Shown one piece after another: positions 17,189 through 26,569 of a stretch of DNA of 36,220 nt (position 1 is its first letter; each line of letters opens with the position of its first letter). A program made the translations under genes and the position numbers. The stretch spans positions 1 through 36,220 of the forward strand of contig JBHHYI010000022.1 in the NCBI GenBank assembly GCA_046757525.1, in the 5' to 3' direction. The notes below the pieces were generated by a model. It was not told the origin of the DNA and did not search any database. It saw nothing but the letters and a program-made list of their open reading frames with translations. This stretch comes from a bacterium. Its GTDB lineage: Bacteria; Zhuqueibacterota; Zhuqueibacteria; Oceanimicrobiales; Oceanimicrobiaceae.

Positions 17189-18424
17189 ATGAACATTCTG
17201 TTTGTTTCGACGGAAAATCCCTATCCGCCGGATCATGGTCATCATATTCGGACCTATAATGTTTTGAAGGGGTTGGCCGAAAACAATACCATCTATTTTG
17301 TAGGATTTGCCAAGAACAAGGCAGAGCTCAAGCACAAGGCGGCCATCGAGCCGTTGTGTGCCAGTGTGGACCTGTTTCTGATCGCTTCGGGCTGGCGGTT
17401 TTATCTTTCGCTATTTTTCAATATGTTTTCGAGCAGGCCATTTATTACGGCCAGATACTACAAACGAGAAGCAAGAGAAAAAATCAGGGAGATACTAAGC
17501 AAACGAGAGATTGACCTGGCTCACGTGGATCTGCTACACGTGTCGCGCTTTCACCGGGACTTGCGTTCGGTTCCGAAAGTGCTGGTCAATCACAATGTGG
17601 AATCGCTGCGATTTTTCAGACGGCTGAAGACCGAATCCAGCATCTTGAAGAAACTGTACTTTTATTTGCAGTACTACAAACTGCGCCGCTACGAAAGCCA
17701 GATCACGCGCCAGTTCGACTGCTGTGTGGTGGTCTCGGATACGGACCAGCAAGTGATTGCCGGACTTAGCGGCAGCCACAACTTTGCCGTTCTACCGAAC
17801 GGCGTCGATGTAGAGTACTTTAAGGCAAATGGTACGATTCCTGAGCCTCATTCTCTGATTTGGGTTGGCTCCATGCTTAGCCCGTACAACGCCGACGCGG
17901 TGGACTATTTTTTGAGAGATATTCTGCCCGAAATCAAGAAGGAAATTGCTGACCTCAAGGTCGGTTTTGTCGGGGCTGCTCCGACAAAACTCTTGCGGGA
18001 CAAGGCGGCCAGAGATCCTAATCTGCGCATTCACGGTTACGTGGAGGATGTCCGGCCTTATATGGAGCAGGCCTCGGTGTTCATCGCCCCCATGCGCAGC
18101 GGCAGCGGCACCAAAATAAAAGTGTTGAACGCTCTGGCGATGCGCATGCCGGTGGTTACCACGCCCGTGGGCGCAGAGGGGATTGAGGCGGTCGCGGGTG
18201 AAAGTATTCTAATCGCGGAGGATGCGCTCGATTTTGCGAACAAGACCATCACCCTGCTGCGAGATGCCAGTCTTGCCGAAAAATTAGCCAGCAACGGTCG
18301 GAAGGTGGTGGAAAAGTTTTACGATTGGAAAGTCATCCACGCGAAAACCGAGGAACTATATTCGAACCTCACAAAAACGTGGGCCACCACCGGGAGTGAC
18401 TCTGACCTTTTTTCAGAGGGTTAG
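17189..18424 (+). CDS. Glycosyltransferase family 4
   Basis: PYPPDHG, HNVES, PNGVD and APMRSGSGTKIKVLNALAM. Confidence 0.93.
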   Translation: MNILFVSTENPYPPDHGHHIRTYNVLKGLAENNTIYFVGFAKNKAELKHKAAIEPLCASVDLFLIASGWRFYLSLFFNMFSSRPFITARYYKREAREKIREILSKREIDLAHVDLLHVSRFHRDLRSVPKVLVNHNVESLRFFRRLKTESSILKKLYFYLQYYKLRRYESQITRQFDCCVVVSDTDQQVIAGLSGSHNFAVLPNGVDVEYFKANGTIPEPHSLIWVGSMLSPYNADAVDYFLRDILPEIKKEIADLKVGFVGAAPTKLLRDKAARDPNLRIHGYVEDVRPYMEQASVFIAPMRSGSGTKIKVLNALAMRMPVVTTPVGAEGIEAVAGESILIAEDALDFANKTITLLRDASLAEKLASNGRKVVEKFYDWKVIHAKTEELYSNLTKTWATTGSDSDLFSEG

Positions 18425-18511
18425 GGTGCTGTTAAACCAAAGCAATGCTGGGCCATCGATACATTGGCGTTTGCTGGAACGAGCATTTCATGAAAGTGGA
18501 GAGATAACTGT

Positions 18512-19621
18512 ATGCTGACTGCCGTAGCCATATTTTTGGGAGTTTTGATCGTGGGTGAAATCGCTGTTCGGGTTTTTTACCCCAAACCGCCCCGTTGGAA
18601 AGAGCCTCAGGTTCGCACCGTCCTCGACAGACGGTGCGGCTATTTGAATCGGCCTAACCAAAAGGCCTACACCATGGACGCGCCGGTCACGATCAATAGT
18701 TTCGGATTTCGCGGGCCAGAGTTCGAGGTTGAGAAGTCGCCGGACAGTCTGCGCATTTTAGGAGTGGGCAACTCGCTCTCCTTTGGCGCCGGCGTCGCCG
18801 ACGATGAAACCTATCTCGCTTACCTGAACAGCCAATTACAAGGTTGTTTTCCGGACAAAAAGGTGGAGGTTTTGAACGGGGCCATCATTGGGTTCACCAT
18901 CCGGCAGTACCTCCCATTTCTCAAATCGGTCCTGCCCAGGCTCAAACCGAATATCGTTTTGCTCGGCGCCCACTGGCGCGACCTGCATTTTAATCCGCGC
19001 TTCGGGCAGTTGACCGGCCAAGTGGACTCCGAAGCCTGGAAGATGATCAAAAAGAAGTTCGACGATAGGAATCTAAACAATGGGGCTGAGGGCAGGCTTA
19101 AGACCAGGTTAATCAAGAGAGCCAAAGATGCCATGCGTCACTGGCGTTTCGTCTATGTATGCAGCTATCACCTGACTCAGCTCAAGGATAGGATCAAACC
19201 ACCCAATTTCAAGCTCTGGCAAAAGTCATTTCTCAGTGGGGAAGAGACGGAGCCGATTCGTCAGCGTCGAGTGGAGGCCAGGAAAACCCTGGAGCGTATG
19301 AAGAGCATCTGCGATGAGAACGACATCAGCTTTGGCGTGGTACTTTTTCCCGATTCCAAACAAATCACCAGGGATTACCCCGCTTCTTCATGGCCGTCCA
19401 TATTGACTGAGATCTGCAAAGATCTCAACATTCCCCATGTGTTGCTGTTGCCCGCCATTCAGCGGGCACACCAGAAGTACGGCAACGCCATTTTTGTGCC
19501 TTACGACATCACCCATTTCTGTGCGCCCTGTAATGAGGTCATTGCCGGCGCCGTGTACGATTTCTTGCACGGGGAGCGTTTTCTTGTGCGGCGAACTGAA
19601 CCACAAGAATCTGTGGCTTAA
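18512..19621 (+). CDS. Membrane-anchored SGNH/AlgJ-AlgX-like protein (possible acyl transfer or esterase)
   Basis: N-terminal TM ending E...R, INSFGFRG, GNSLSFG (block I), EVLNGAIIGF and DITHF (DxxH). Confidence 0.82.
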   Translation: MLTAVAIFLGVLIVGEIAVRVFYPKPPRWKEPQVRTVLDRRCGYLNRPNQKAYTMDAPVTINSFGFRGPEFEVEKSPDSLRILGVGNSLSFGAGVADDETYLAYLNSQLQGCFPDKKVEVLNGAIIGFTIRQYLPFLKSVLPRLKPNIVLLGAHWRDLHFNPRFGQLTGQVDSEAWKMIKKKFDDRNLNNGAEGRLKTRLIKRAKDAMRHWRFVYVCSYHLTQLKDRIKPPNFKLWQKSFLSGEETEPIRQRRVEARKTLERMKSICDENDISFGVVLFPDSKQITRDYPASSWPSILTEICKDLNIPHVLLLPAIQRAHQKYGNAIFVPYDITHFCAPCNEVIAGAVYDFLHGERFLVRRTEPQESVA

Positions 19622-19667
19622 GTAAACCCAAACCGTAGTCATTATATTAAACATCTGGAGGTGCTTG

Positions 19668-19925
19668 ATGAACGCAAAAAGTGAAATAGAGAAGTACTTG
19701 CTCACCGAACTGGTCATGGATTCAAACAAGAAATCCCTGGACCCGGATGAGGACTTGTTGAACCAGGGAATCATTGATTCGATGGGGGTGTTGCAATTAG
19801 TAGCATTCATTGAAGAAAAATTTGCGGTCGAAGTCGCTGACGAGGACATCGTGCCGGAGAACTTTCGCAGCATAAACTGTCTGGTTAGCTTCGTGCAAAA
19901 GAAAGGTGTCAACGAGACTGTGTAG
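19668..19925 (+). CDS. Stand-alone acyl/aminoacyl carrier protein (DltC-like)
   Basis: GGAGGT RBS. Small acidic protein with the GIIDSMG phosphopantetheine site (Ser codon 19779-19781) and PENF.SI. Confidence 0.93.
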   Translation: MNAKSEIEKYLLTELVMDSNKKSLDPDEDLLNQGIIDSMGVLQLVAFIEEKFAVEVADEDIVPENFRSINCLVSFVQKKGVNETV

Positions 19926-20212
19926 TCCGGCATCTTACTAATTTGAAGTTTGAATACAATTCTGTAAGAACTTTGAAAGGGGAGACTTTTAATGATAACC
20001 GTTACGGAGCATGGAACTTGTTAAATTCGATCCTTTTTTAACCTACTGAAACTTTTATCCTTATCGTAGTTAATTTGTCTGCAATCTTGAGAAACGCCAT
20101 GGTTTTCAGCATGTGGAATGAGAATTGCAAAAAATGGGAAAAACGGCACCACGCTCACGTGGGCCTGACGCATTTCTTTCATTTTACGGACGAATACGAA
20201 AGGAGAAAGATC

Positions 20213-22069
20213 ATGAAGGATCGTAGCATACAGCTCTTTATCGCGGTTCTCTTTACTTGCTTTGCTAATGTGGCCGTTGCAACGGACTATTACGTTGCAA
20301 CCAACGGCTCAGACTCCAACGATGGCTCCATAGGCGCTCCCTGGAAAACCATTATGCATTCCATAACCGTGGCCGGGCCCGGCGACACGGTGTTCGTGCG
20401 CGAAGGCACCTATTCTGGTGAGTACGTTTCTATTGAGGCCGAGCAAGGCCATGGCGGTGCCGTGGGTCAAATGCTGACCATTAAGCCCTATCCTGGTGAA
20501 GAAGTCATCTTCGACAGCTTCCAGGGCTTTGGCATGGCGGCCAATTACACCAGAGTGGAAGGCTTTAATTTCACCGCCGCCTCTAAAGGCAAGGGTGTGG
20601 CCATCTCGGACACCAAAGGGGGGGGCGAACACAACGAGCTGGTTAATTGCACGTTTACGGGTTCCGGCTACACCTTCGCTGCCATCGGGGTGCGCGGGGC
20701 GTTCAACTTAGTGGAAGGGTGTTTCATCAACGTTTCGCAGGCAACCGACCTGGACCACGGCATCTATTTGCAGCAAGGACACGACAACATCATCCGGGGC
20801 AATCACATCGAGAACTCAGGGGGCTACGGTATCCACTCTTTCGATCAGTTCAAGGGGACCCAGGGTGAAGCCAGTTCGCTGCGCCTTGCGGACAACATCA
20901 TTGAAAACAATTTCATCAAAGGGTGCAATAGAGCCGGCATCCTCATTGCCACCGGTGGCGGCGACATTCAAAACGAACGAATCACCGTGCGCAACAACAT
21001 TTCAATTTTCAACGCCAGCGTGGGAATCGAGGTCCGGCGAAACGCTTTCGATATCTACATTTACAACAACACGATTTTTGGCAATGCTATTGGCATTGGC
21101 GTTGGCCACGTAGCCACTAAGGGCAATATCGATCACGTGGAGATCACGAACAACATTATCGACATGAGTGAAACGCCGCCCAACGATTTTGGCCTGTTCG
21201 ACCATATCAACGTCAATCAAAAGGGGCAAATCGTGATCACCAACGTGACGGCCAACACCAACCTTTACTGGGGCGGCACTCTGAGCATCGTTGGGGTGAC
21301 CGATGCCAACAGTCTCTGGTTTGATCCGCTTTTTGTCGACACGGGTTTGGAAGACTTTCATCTGAACGAATCCTCGCCCGCCATCGACCGGGGGGTGAAC
21401 CTGGAAGCCGTGGGCGCAGATTTCGAAGGCACGCCAAGGCCACAAGGTGAAACGTACGACATCGGAGCCGACGAATATGGTGCTGCCACGGTTCCGGTGG
21501 CGCTGATCTCATTTAGCGCTTCGAACGACGGCGAGTCGGTGCAATTGCAGTGGACCACCGCCTTCGAATCAAACAATCTGGGATTCGAAATAGAGAGAAA
21601 AGTGAGCAGCGGAGACTATGGGTCCATCGGTTTTGTAGACAGTCAGGGGGCCTCCAGCTCACCGCAGCAATACCTCTATTCAGACAAAGTCGATCGGGAA
21701 GGCATCTACACCTACCGGCTCAAACAATTCGAGATTGATGGCGGCTTTGAGATCCTTGGCACGGTTCAGGTCACCGTTGAATTGCCGGACGTTTTTGAAC
21801 TGCATCAGAATTTCCCCAATCCCTTCAATCCAAGCACAGAGATTTCTTTTAATGTGCCGGTTGTGGGCAAGGTCGTTTTGACCGTCTACAACCTGCTGGG
21901 ACAAAGAATTCGGACTCTGGTGGACGAAGTGGTAACCGAACCGGGATTAAAGACCGTGGCCTGGGACGCACACGATGATTTGGGTCAAGCGGTACCCAGC
22001 GGTATTTATTTCTATCGGTTAGAAACGACCCAGTCGGTTTTGAGCCGGCGTATGGTTTTGTTGAAATAA
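20213..22069 (+). CDS. Secreted right-handed beta-helix protein with Ig-like domain and FlgD/T9SS-A-like C-terminal tail
   Basis: AGGAG RBS and signal peptide. YYVA..GSD...GS...PWKTI, GDTVFVR.G.Y, Asn-ladder repeats, DFHL...SPAID.G...DIGADE, PV.L.SF, and QNFPNPFNPST...SGIYFYRL...RMVLLK. Confidence 0.9.
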   Translation: MKDRSIQLFIAVLFTCFANVAVATDYYVATNGSDSNDGSIGAPWKTIMHSITVAGPGDTVFVREGTYSGEYVSIEAEQGHGGAVGQMLTIKPYPGEEVIFDSFQGFGMAANYTRVEGFNFTAASKGKGVAISDTKGGGEHNELVNCTFTGSGYTFAAIGVRGAFNLVEGCFINVSQATDLDHGIYLQQGHDNIIRGNHIENSGGYGIHSFDQFKGTQGEASSLRLADNIIENNFIKGCNRAGILIATGGGDIQNERITVRNNISIFNASVGIEVRRNAFDIYIYNNTIFGNAIGIGVGHVATKGNIDHVEITNNIIDMSETPPNDFGLFDHINVNQKGQIVITNVTANTNLYWGGTLSIVGVTDANSLWFDPLFVDTGLEDFHLNESSPAIDRGVNLEAVGADFEGTPRPQGETYDIGADEYGAATVPVALISFSASNDGESVQLQWTTAFESNNLGFEIERKVSSGDYGSIGFVDSQGASSSPQQYLYSDKVDREGIYTYRLKQFEIDGGFEILGTVQVTVELPDVFELHQNFPNPFNPSTEISFNVPVVGKVVLTVYNLLGQRIRTLVDEVVTEPGLKTVAWDAHDDLGQAVPSGIYFYRLETTQSVLSRRMVLLK

Positions 22070-22075
22070 GCCCAG

Positions 22076-22119
22076 GTGTTCAAGCTTTAGCTTGTTTAAG
22101 CAGCCTGAAGGCTGAACAC
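22076..22119. repeat. REP-like inverted pair
   Basis: GTGTTCAAGCTTTAGCTTG ... CAGCCTGAAGGCTGAACAC; each arm is itself a small hairpin. Confidence 0.6.
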
Positions 22120-22314
22120 AGGACAGGTCATTTGACCTGATTGGGAAACAGGCAAGTTTGCACGCCTGAACTCGTTGGGGCGGCTCCCCCGGTGACTTCA
22201 GGCGTCCAACATTCGAAACGATGTTGCCATTTGGCGCAATGTTTAATTACTAAAATGATCTAAAGTTGAACCACCCGCCGGTGGTACTTTCAACAATGGA
22301 CGGGAGTGAGCATC

Positions 22315-24132
22315 ATGGAACAAACAACTAAGAAATTCAGGGTCTACGGGCTTTTGCTCGCCTTTTGTTTTGCGGCAATAGGCTCACTATCGGCGAGCAA
22401 CTATTATGTCTCTCCTAATGGTTCGAATGCCAACGACGGATCGATTGGCGCCCCGTGGCAGACCATTGGCAAGGCGTTTGAAACGGCCGGGCCCGGCGAC
22501 ACCGTTTTCGTTCGCGGCGGGCAGTATCCCAGCGAGGATTTGTTCAAAAAGCTGAAAAACGGCGGCACCCAGGAAGCTTATTTGGTGATCAAAGCTTTCC
22601 CTGGCGAAGAACCTGTACTCAACAAATTTACGCATTTTGGGCTGGACAAACAGTACACGCGCATCGAGGGGTTGACGTTTGTCGACCAGGGCATTGCCGG
22701 CCTGGGCGTTGGCAATCAGGTGGTTGGCAACACCTTTATTGGCAACGGTTTCAATTTTGCCGCCATCGCAGCGGCCGGGGATGACATGCTGGTGGAGGGG
22801 AATACTATCAACGTTACCCAGGGCAGCACGCAGGACCACGGGGTTTATGTTCAGCGCGGCACCGGCAAGATTATTCGCAACAACACCTTCTTAGGCTCCA
22901 CTGGCTACGCCATCCACGTGTTTGACGAGCAGAAAAAGGCGGATTCGAGTCAGTGGATCCCCTTTCCGTTGAAAGACGTGCTCATCGAAGGGAACTACAT
23001 CTCCGGTTCGGCCCAACGGGACGGCATCATCGTGGCCAAGGGGCGTGGCGGAACCACCATTGATTTGCGCAACATTACCATCCGCAACAACATCATCACC
23101 GCCAATGGCCGCAGCGGCATGTTTCTGCGCGAAGGAACCAACATCAAGGTTTACAATAACACGATTTACAAGAATACCGCGGCAAGCATGGGCATTACCT
23201 TCCCGGTGCAAAACAACGAAATGATCAATAATGTCACCGTTGCCAACAACATCATCGTCACCGCCGAAGGTAACGACCATATTATGGTGACCTCGACGGG
23301 CGAAAATATCGTGGTGGACAACAACCTCTACTGGCCCGCATCCGGGGCCATTACCGGCACCACCGATGCCCACGCGATTTTTGCTGCCCCCCTGTTGGTA
23401 AATCCCGACGCCGGGGATTTTCACATCACGCCCACTTCACCCGCTTTGGACCGGGGGATTACCATTCCCTCAGTGACACAAGATTTTGAAGGCAGCGTGC
23501 GACCCCAGGGCGACGGCTACGACATCGGTGCCGATGAGTTCGGTGACAAGACCGTGCCGGTGAAGTTGGCCTCCTTCGAAGCTGCGGTTTTCGACAATTC
23601 GGTTAAATTGAGCTGGCGCACAGCGATCGAGACCAACAACTTTGGCTTTGAAGTCCAGAGAAGTTCAGACAACCTGAGTTTCCAGGGCATCGGGTTCCTG
23701 GCAGGCTCCAAAAACGCCGGTTCAGGCGCCTCCTACCTCTTCTGGGATAACAATCTGAGCCAGGGGAGGTATTACTATCGCCTGAAGCAGATCGATTTCA
23801 GCGGTGCGTTTGAATTCTCAGGGACCGTTCAGGTGACCATTGTTGCGCCGGAGCAGTTTGAATTGCTGCAGAACTATCCCAATCCATTCAATCCCACAAC
23901 CGAAATCGCTTTTGTGGTACCGGACAACAGCCAGGTGCGCCTGACGGTGTACAACGTTCTGGGGCAGCAGGTGCGCACGCTGCTGGATCGGGAGGATGTG
24001 CCCGCCGGAAGAAGAACGATCACGTGGGATGGTAAGAATGATTCAGGTCAACAGGTACCGTCTGGCATCTATTTTTACCGCCTGGAAGCTGGCACGGTAG
24101 CGCTCAGCCGGCGCATGGTACTTTTGAAGTGA
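22315..24132 (+). CDS. Secreted right-handed beta-helix protein with FlgD/T9SS-A-like tail (paralog 2)
   Basis: Same architecture and motifs as 20213-22069. GGGAG RBS. Confidence 0.9.
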   Translation: MEQTTKKFRVYGLLLAFCFAAIGSLSASNYYVSPNGSNANDGSIGAPWQTIGKAFETAGPGDTVFVRGGQYPSEDLFKKLKNGGTQEAYLVIKAFPGEEPVLNKFTHFGLDKQYTRIEGLTFVDQGIAGLGVGNQVVGNTFIGNGFNFAAIAAAGDDMLVEGNTINVTQGSTQDHGVYVQRGTGKIIRNNTFLGSTGYAIHVFDEQKKADSSQWIPFPLKDVLIEGNYISGSAQRDGIIVAKGRGGTTIDLRNITIRNNIITANGRSGMFLREGTNIKVYNNTIYKNTAASMGITFPVQNNEMINNVTVANNIIVTAEGNDHIMVTSTGENIVVDNNLYWPASGAITGTTDAHAIFAAPLLVNPDAGDFHITPTSPALDRGITIPSVTQDFEGSVRPQGDGYDIGADEFGDKTVPVKLASFEAAVFDNSVKLSWRTAIETNNFGFEVQRSSDNLSFQGIGFLAGSKNAGSGASYLFWDNNLSQGRYYYRLKQIDFSGAFEFSGTVQVTIVAPEQFELLQNYPNPFNPTTEIAFVVPDNSQVRLTVYNVLGQQVRTLLDREDVPAGRRTITWDGKNDSGQQVPSGIYFYRLEAGTVALSRRMVLLK

Positions 24133-24256
24133 TCCTGCGACGGGCGCCAAAGATCACGTTGCCGGTGACGCAAACGCTCGCCTTTGTCGGTATATTTAAA
24201 AGAATATTGTCGTAGATCACCATTGCTGACGAGCAATCAATCCTGGAGGAAGAGAT

Positions 24257-25522
24257 ATGACGGATGTAATCATCATAGGAGGTGGCCCGGCCGGTTCTGT
24301 TTTAGGGTGCTATTTGTCCCAGGCCGGCATTAAGAATGTGATTTTTGAGAAAACCATTCATCCGCGTCCACATGTGGGCGAGTCTTTAGTCACGTCCACC
24401 ACGCGGGTCTTCAAAGATATTGGCTTTCTGGAAACCATGGAAAAAGAAGGTTTTGTCAGAAAATACGGTGCAGCCTGGCATCCCTACAATCGCCGGGGAG
24501 AATTCGATATCGAGTTTGCTGAGTTCCCCCAGGAAGGCATCGACCAGGATTACACTTACCACGTGGACCGCAGCAAATTCGACCTGCTGCTCCTCAAACA
24601 TGCCGAGAACCTGGGGTCCAAAATCTACCAGGGCATTCATGTGCGAGAAGTGGTGTTTGAGAACGGTAAAGCCAGTGGCGTGCGTTTCAAGATGGGCGAT
24701 GAAGAGATCACCATGCCGTGCAAAGTCGTAGTGGATGCGACCGGGCGCGATACGTTGTTGGGACGTCAGCTCAATGCTAAGAAAAAAGATCCTATTTTCA
24801 ATCAGTATGCTGTGCACGCCTGGTTTGAAAATCTGGACAGGGGCAACGGCAAAAGCGCGGACTTCATTCACATTTATTTCTTGCCGGTTGAGCGTGGCTG
24901 GGTCTGGCAAATTCCCGTAACGCATGAGATTACTTCAGTCGGTGTGGTGGCGGAAAAAGACTATTTCAAACAAGCAAAAATGGGCCTGGAAGATTACTTT
25001 TACACCCACCTCGATATTAACGAAGATCTGAAACACACCATGCGCAATGCCAGGCAGATCAACGATTTCAAGACCGAAGGCGATTACAGCTACGGTATGG
25101 AGAAGTTCGTGGGCAACGGTTACTTGATGATCGGAGATGCCGCTCGATTCGTCGATCCCATCTTTTCCTCTGGAGTCAGTGTGGCCGTGTACAGCGCCAA
25201 GTATGCCAGCGAACAGATTCGTCATGCTCTCGAGCTCGACGATTTTAGCGAAGAGACCCTGATGCCGTACCAGGTAAGACTCAAGGGCGGCGTGGAAATC
25301 TGGTACGAATTTATTAGACTTTACTACAAACTGCTGCACCTTTTTACCTATTTCATCAGCTCAAAGAAACATCGTCTCGAGGTTCTGCGATTGCTGCAAG
25401 GTGAGGTTTTCGACCGCAACGAAGCCCCGGTTTTGGGGGCCATGCGTAAGTTCATTGAAAAGGTCGAGCAGTCAGACGATCATTTGCTCAAGGAACATTT
25501 GACGGAAATCCCAATAGATTGA
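24257..25522 (+). CDS. Flavin-dependent halogenase-family protein
   Basis: GGGPAG FAD motif, HVGESL, GFVRKYG (catalytic-Lys position), GWVWQIP (WxWxIP), and GDAARFVDPIFSSG. Strong GGAGG RBS. Confidence 0.85.
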   Translation: MTDVIIIGGGPAGSVLGCYLSQAGIKNVIFEKTIHPRPHVGESLVTSTTRVFKDIGFLETMEKEGFVRKYGAAWHPYNRRGEFDIEFAEFPQEGIDQDYTYHVDRSKFDLLLLKHAENLGSKIYQGIHVREVVFENGKASGVRFKMGDEEITMPCKVVVDATGRDTLLGRQLNAKKKDPIFNQYAVHAWFENLDRGNGKSADFIHIYFLPVERGWVWQIPVTHEITSVGVVAEKDYFKQAKMGLEDYFYTHLDINEDLKHTMRNARQINDFKTEGDYSYGMEKFVGNGYLMIGDAARFVDPIFSSGVSVAVYSAKYASEQIRHALELDDFSEETLMPYQVRLKGGVEIWYEFIRLYYKLLHLFTYFISSKKHRLEVLRLLQGEVFDRNEAPVLGAMRKFIEKVEQSDDHLLKEHLTEIPID

Positions 25523-25552
25523 GTTGCAAGATCGAACAAGTGAAGGTTGTAC

Positions 25553-26554
25553 ATGCGAGTTAATTCTGTTCTGAAGGATTTCTTCCAACTTATTTACTTG
25601 TCCTTGGTGAGGCAGGCTTTCAAAGCTATGCCTTTTTCTTTGGGCATTCTTGCTGCCAAAGGCAAGGGTCTCTACAAGTATTTCTTCGATCGCTCCTTGC
25701 GCGGCATTGTCCTCAATAATGTCTATCAGGCGTTTGCCGACGTGAAAAGCAGAAAAGAGTTGCTAAAACTGACGCAGTCCATTCTAAAAACTGCGCAGGT
25801 CTGTGCCTTCTGCGCCTATTTTCATGAGAAGCTCAGCGACCGGCAAATCGAAAATCGATTTCCAGTCAGAGGCTTAGAGAATCTGGACAACGCTTTACAG
25901 AAGGGCAAAGGTGTCATCCTATTCAGCGGACATTTGGGGCCTCACTTTATCGCTCGTTATCTTTTGAGACAAAAGGGGTACCAGGTCCGCGGTTTGCGCT
26001 TCAAAGGCGCTGAAGACAATGGGTCAAATATGCGCAATGCGTCGAGACTTCGGGCGCGGGTAGAAAAATTGAAAATCAAGCGCTACGTGGAGCCACCCGA
26101 ATGCTACTTTCAGGTAGATTTTAACGCCAGGCCTGTGTTTAAATTCCTCAAACAAAACGGCATTTTAATCAATATGGGGGATGGCGTGCATTCGTTGACG
26201 TACAAAAAGATGGACTTTTTGAACAATTCCATTCCGTTTTCTCTGGGGACCATGAGCCTTGCCAGGTCTACTGGCGCAACGGTACTTCCTGTTTACCTTC
26301 AAGGTACACCTGGCAACAAAGATTTCGAAACGAGAATTGGGGAGCCGTTTGCTTTGCAGGTGACCGAAGACAGGCAGGCCGACATCGAAGAAAACACTTT
26401 GATTTATGTGCGCTGTTTGGAAAAACAGATAACTGAGTATCCACACAATTGGCGAAATTGGATGTACCGCGACTATTTCACCAGGCTCGAGGATTTTGTC
26501 TCGCAAGAAACAGACAAACACTCGAAAGTATTTGGTCACGGACTTTCCGCATAA
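25553..26554 (+). CDS. LpxL/HtrB-like (lipid A acyltransferase family) acyltransferase
   Basis: GLENLDNALQKGKGVILFSGHLG, D...FL...G...LA..TGA.VLP, and LE.QI.EYP.NW. Confidence 0.83.
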   Translation: MRVNSVLKDFFQLIYLSLVRQAFKAMPFSLGILAAKGKGLYKYFFDRSLRGIVLNNVYQAFADVKSRKELLKLTQSILKTAQVCAFCAYFHEKLSDRQIENRFPVRGLENLDNALQKGKGVILFSGHLGPHFIARYLLRQKGYQVRGLRFKGAEDNGSNMRNASRLRARVEKLKIKRYVEPPECYFQVDFNARPVFKFLKQNGILINMGDGVHSLTYKKMDFLNNSIPFSLGTMSLARSTGATVLPVYLQGTPGNKDFETRIGEPFALQVTEDRQADIEENTLIYVRCLEKQITEYPHNWRNWMYRDYFTRLEDFVSQETDKHSKVFGHGLSA

Positions 26555-26569
26555 TTTAGGGAGAATTGC

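Noticed and set aside
20075..20212. Long N-terminal extensions in the ORF track (also 29834-29965 and 34192-34371)
   Set aside because: Downstream ATGs fit better (RBS, signal peptide or family start), and two of the extensions overlap upstream genes.
22141..22230. c-di-GMP-I riboswitch (GGAAAC...GGCAA start)
   Set aside because: The expected GCAAA/GAAA and receptor stem arrangement is not matched; kept only as a generic structured spacer.
19668..26554. Aryl-polyene/flexirubin or NRPS/PKS cluster
   Set aside because: No ketosynthase, ketoreductase, dehydratase, adenylation or condensation genes are in the window.
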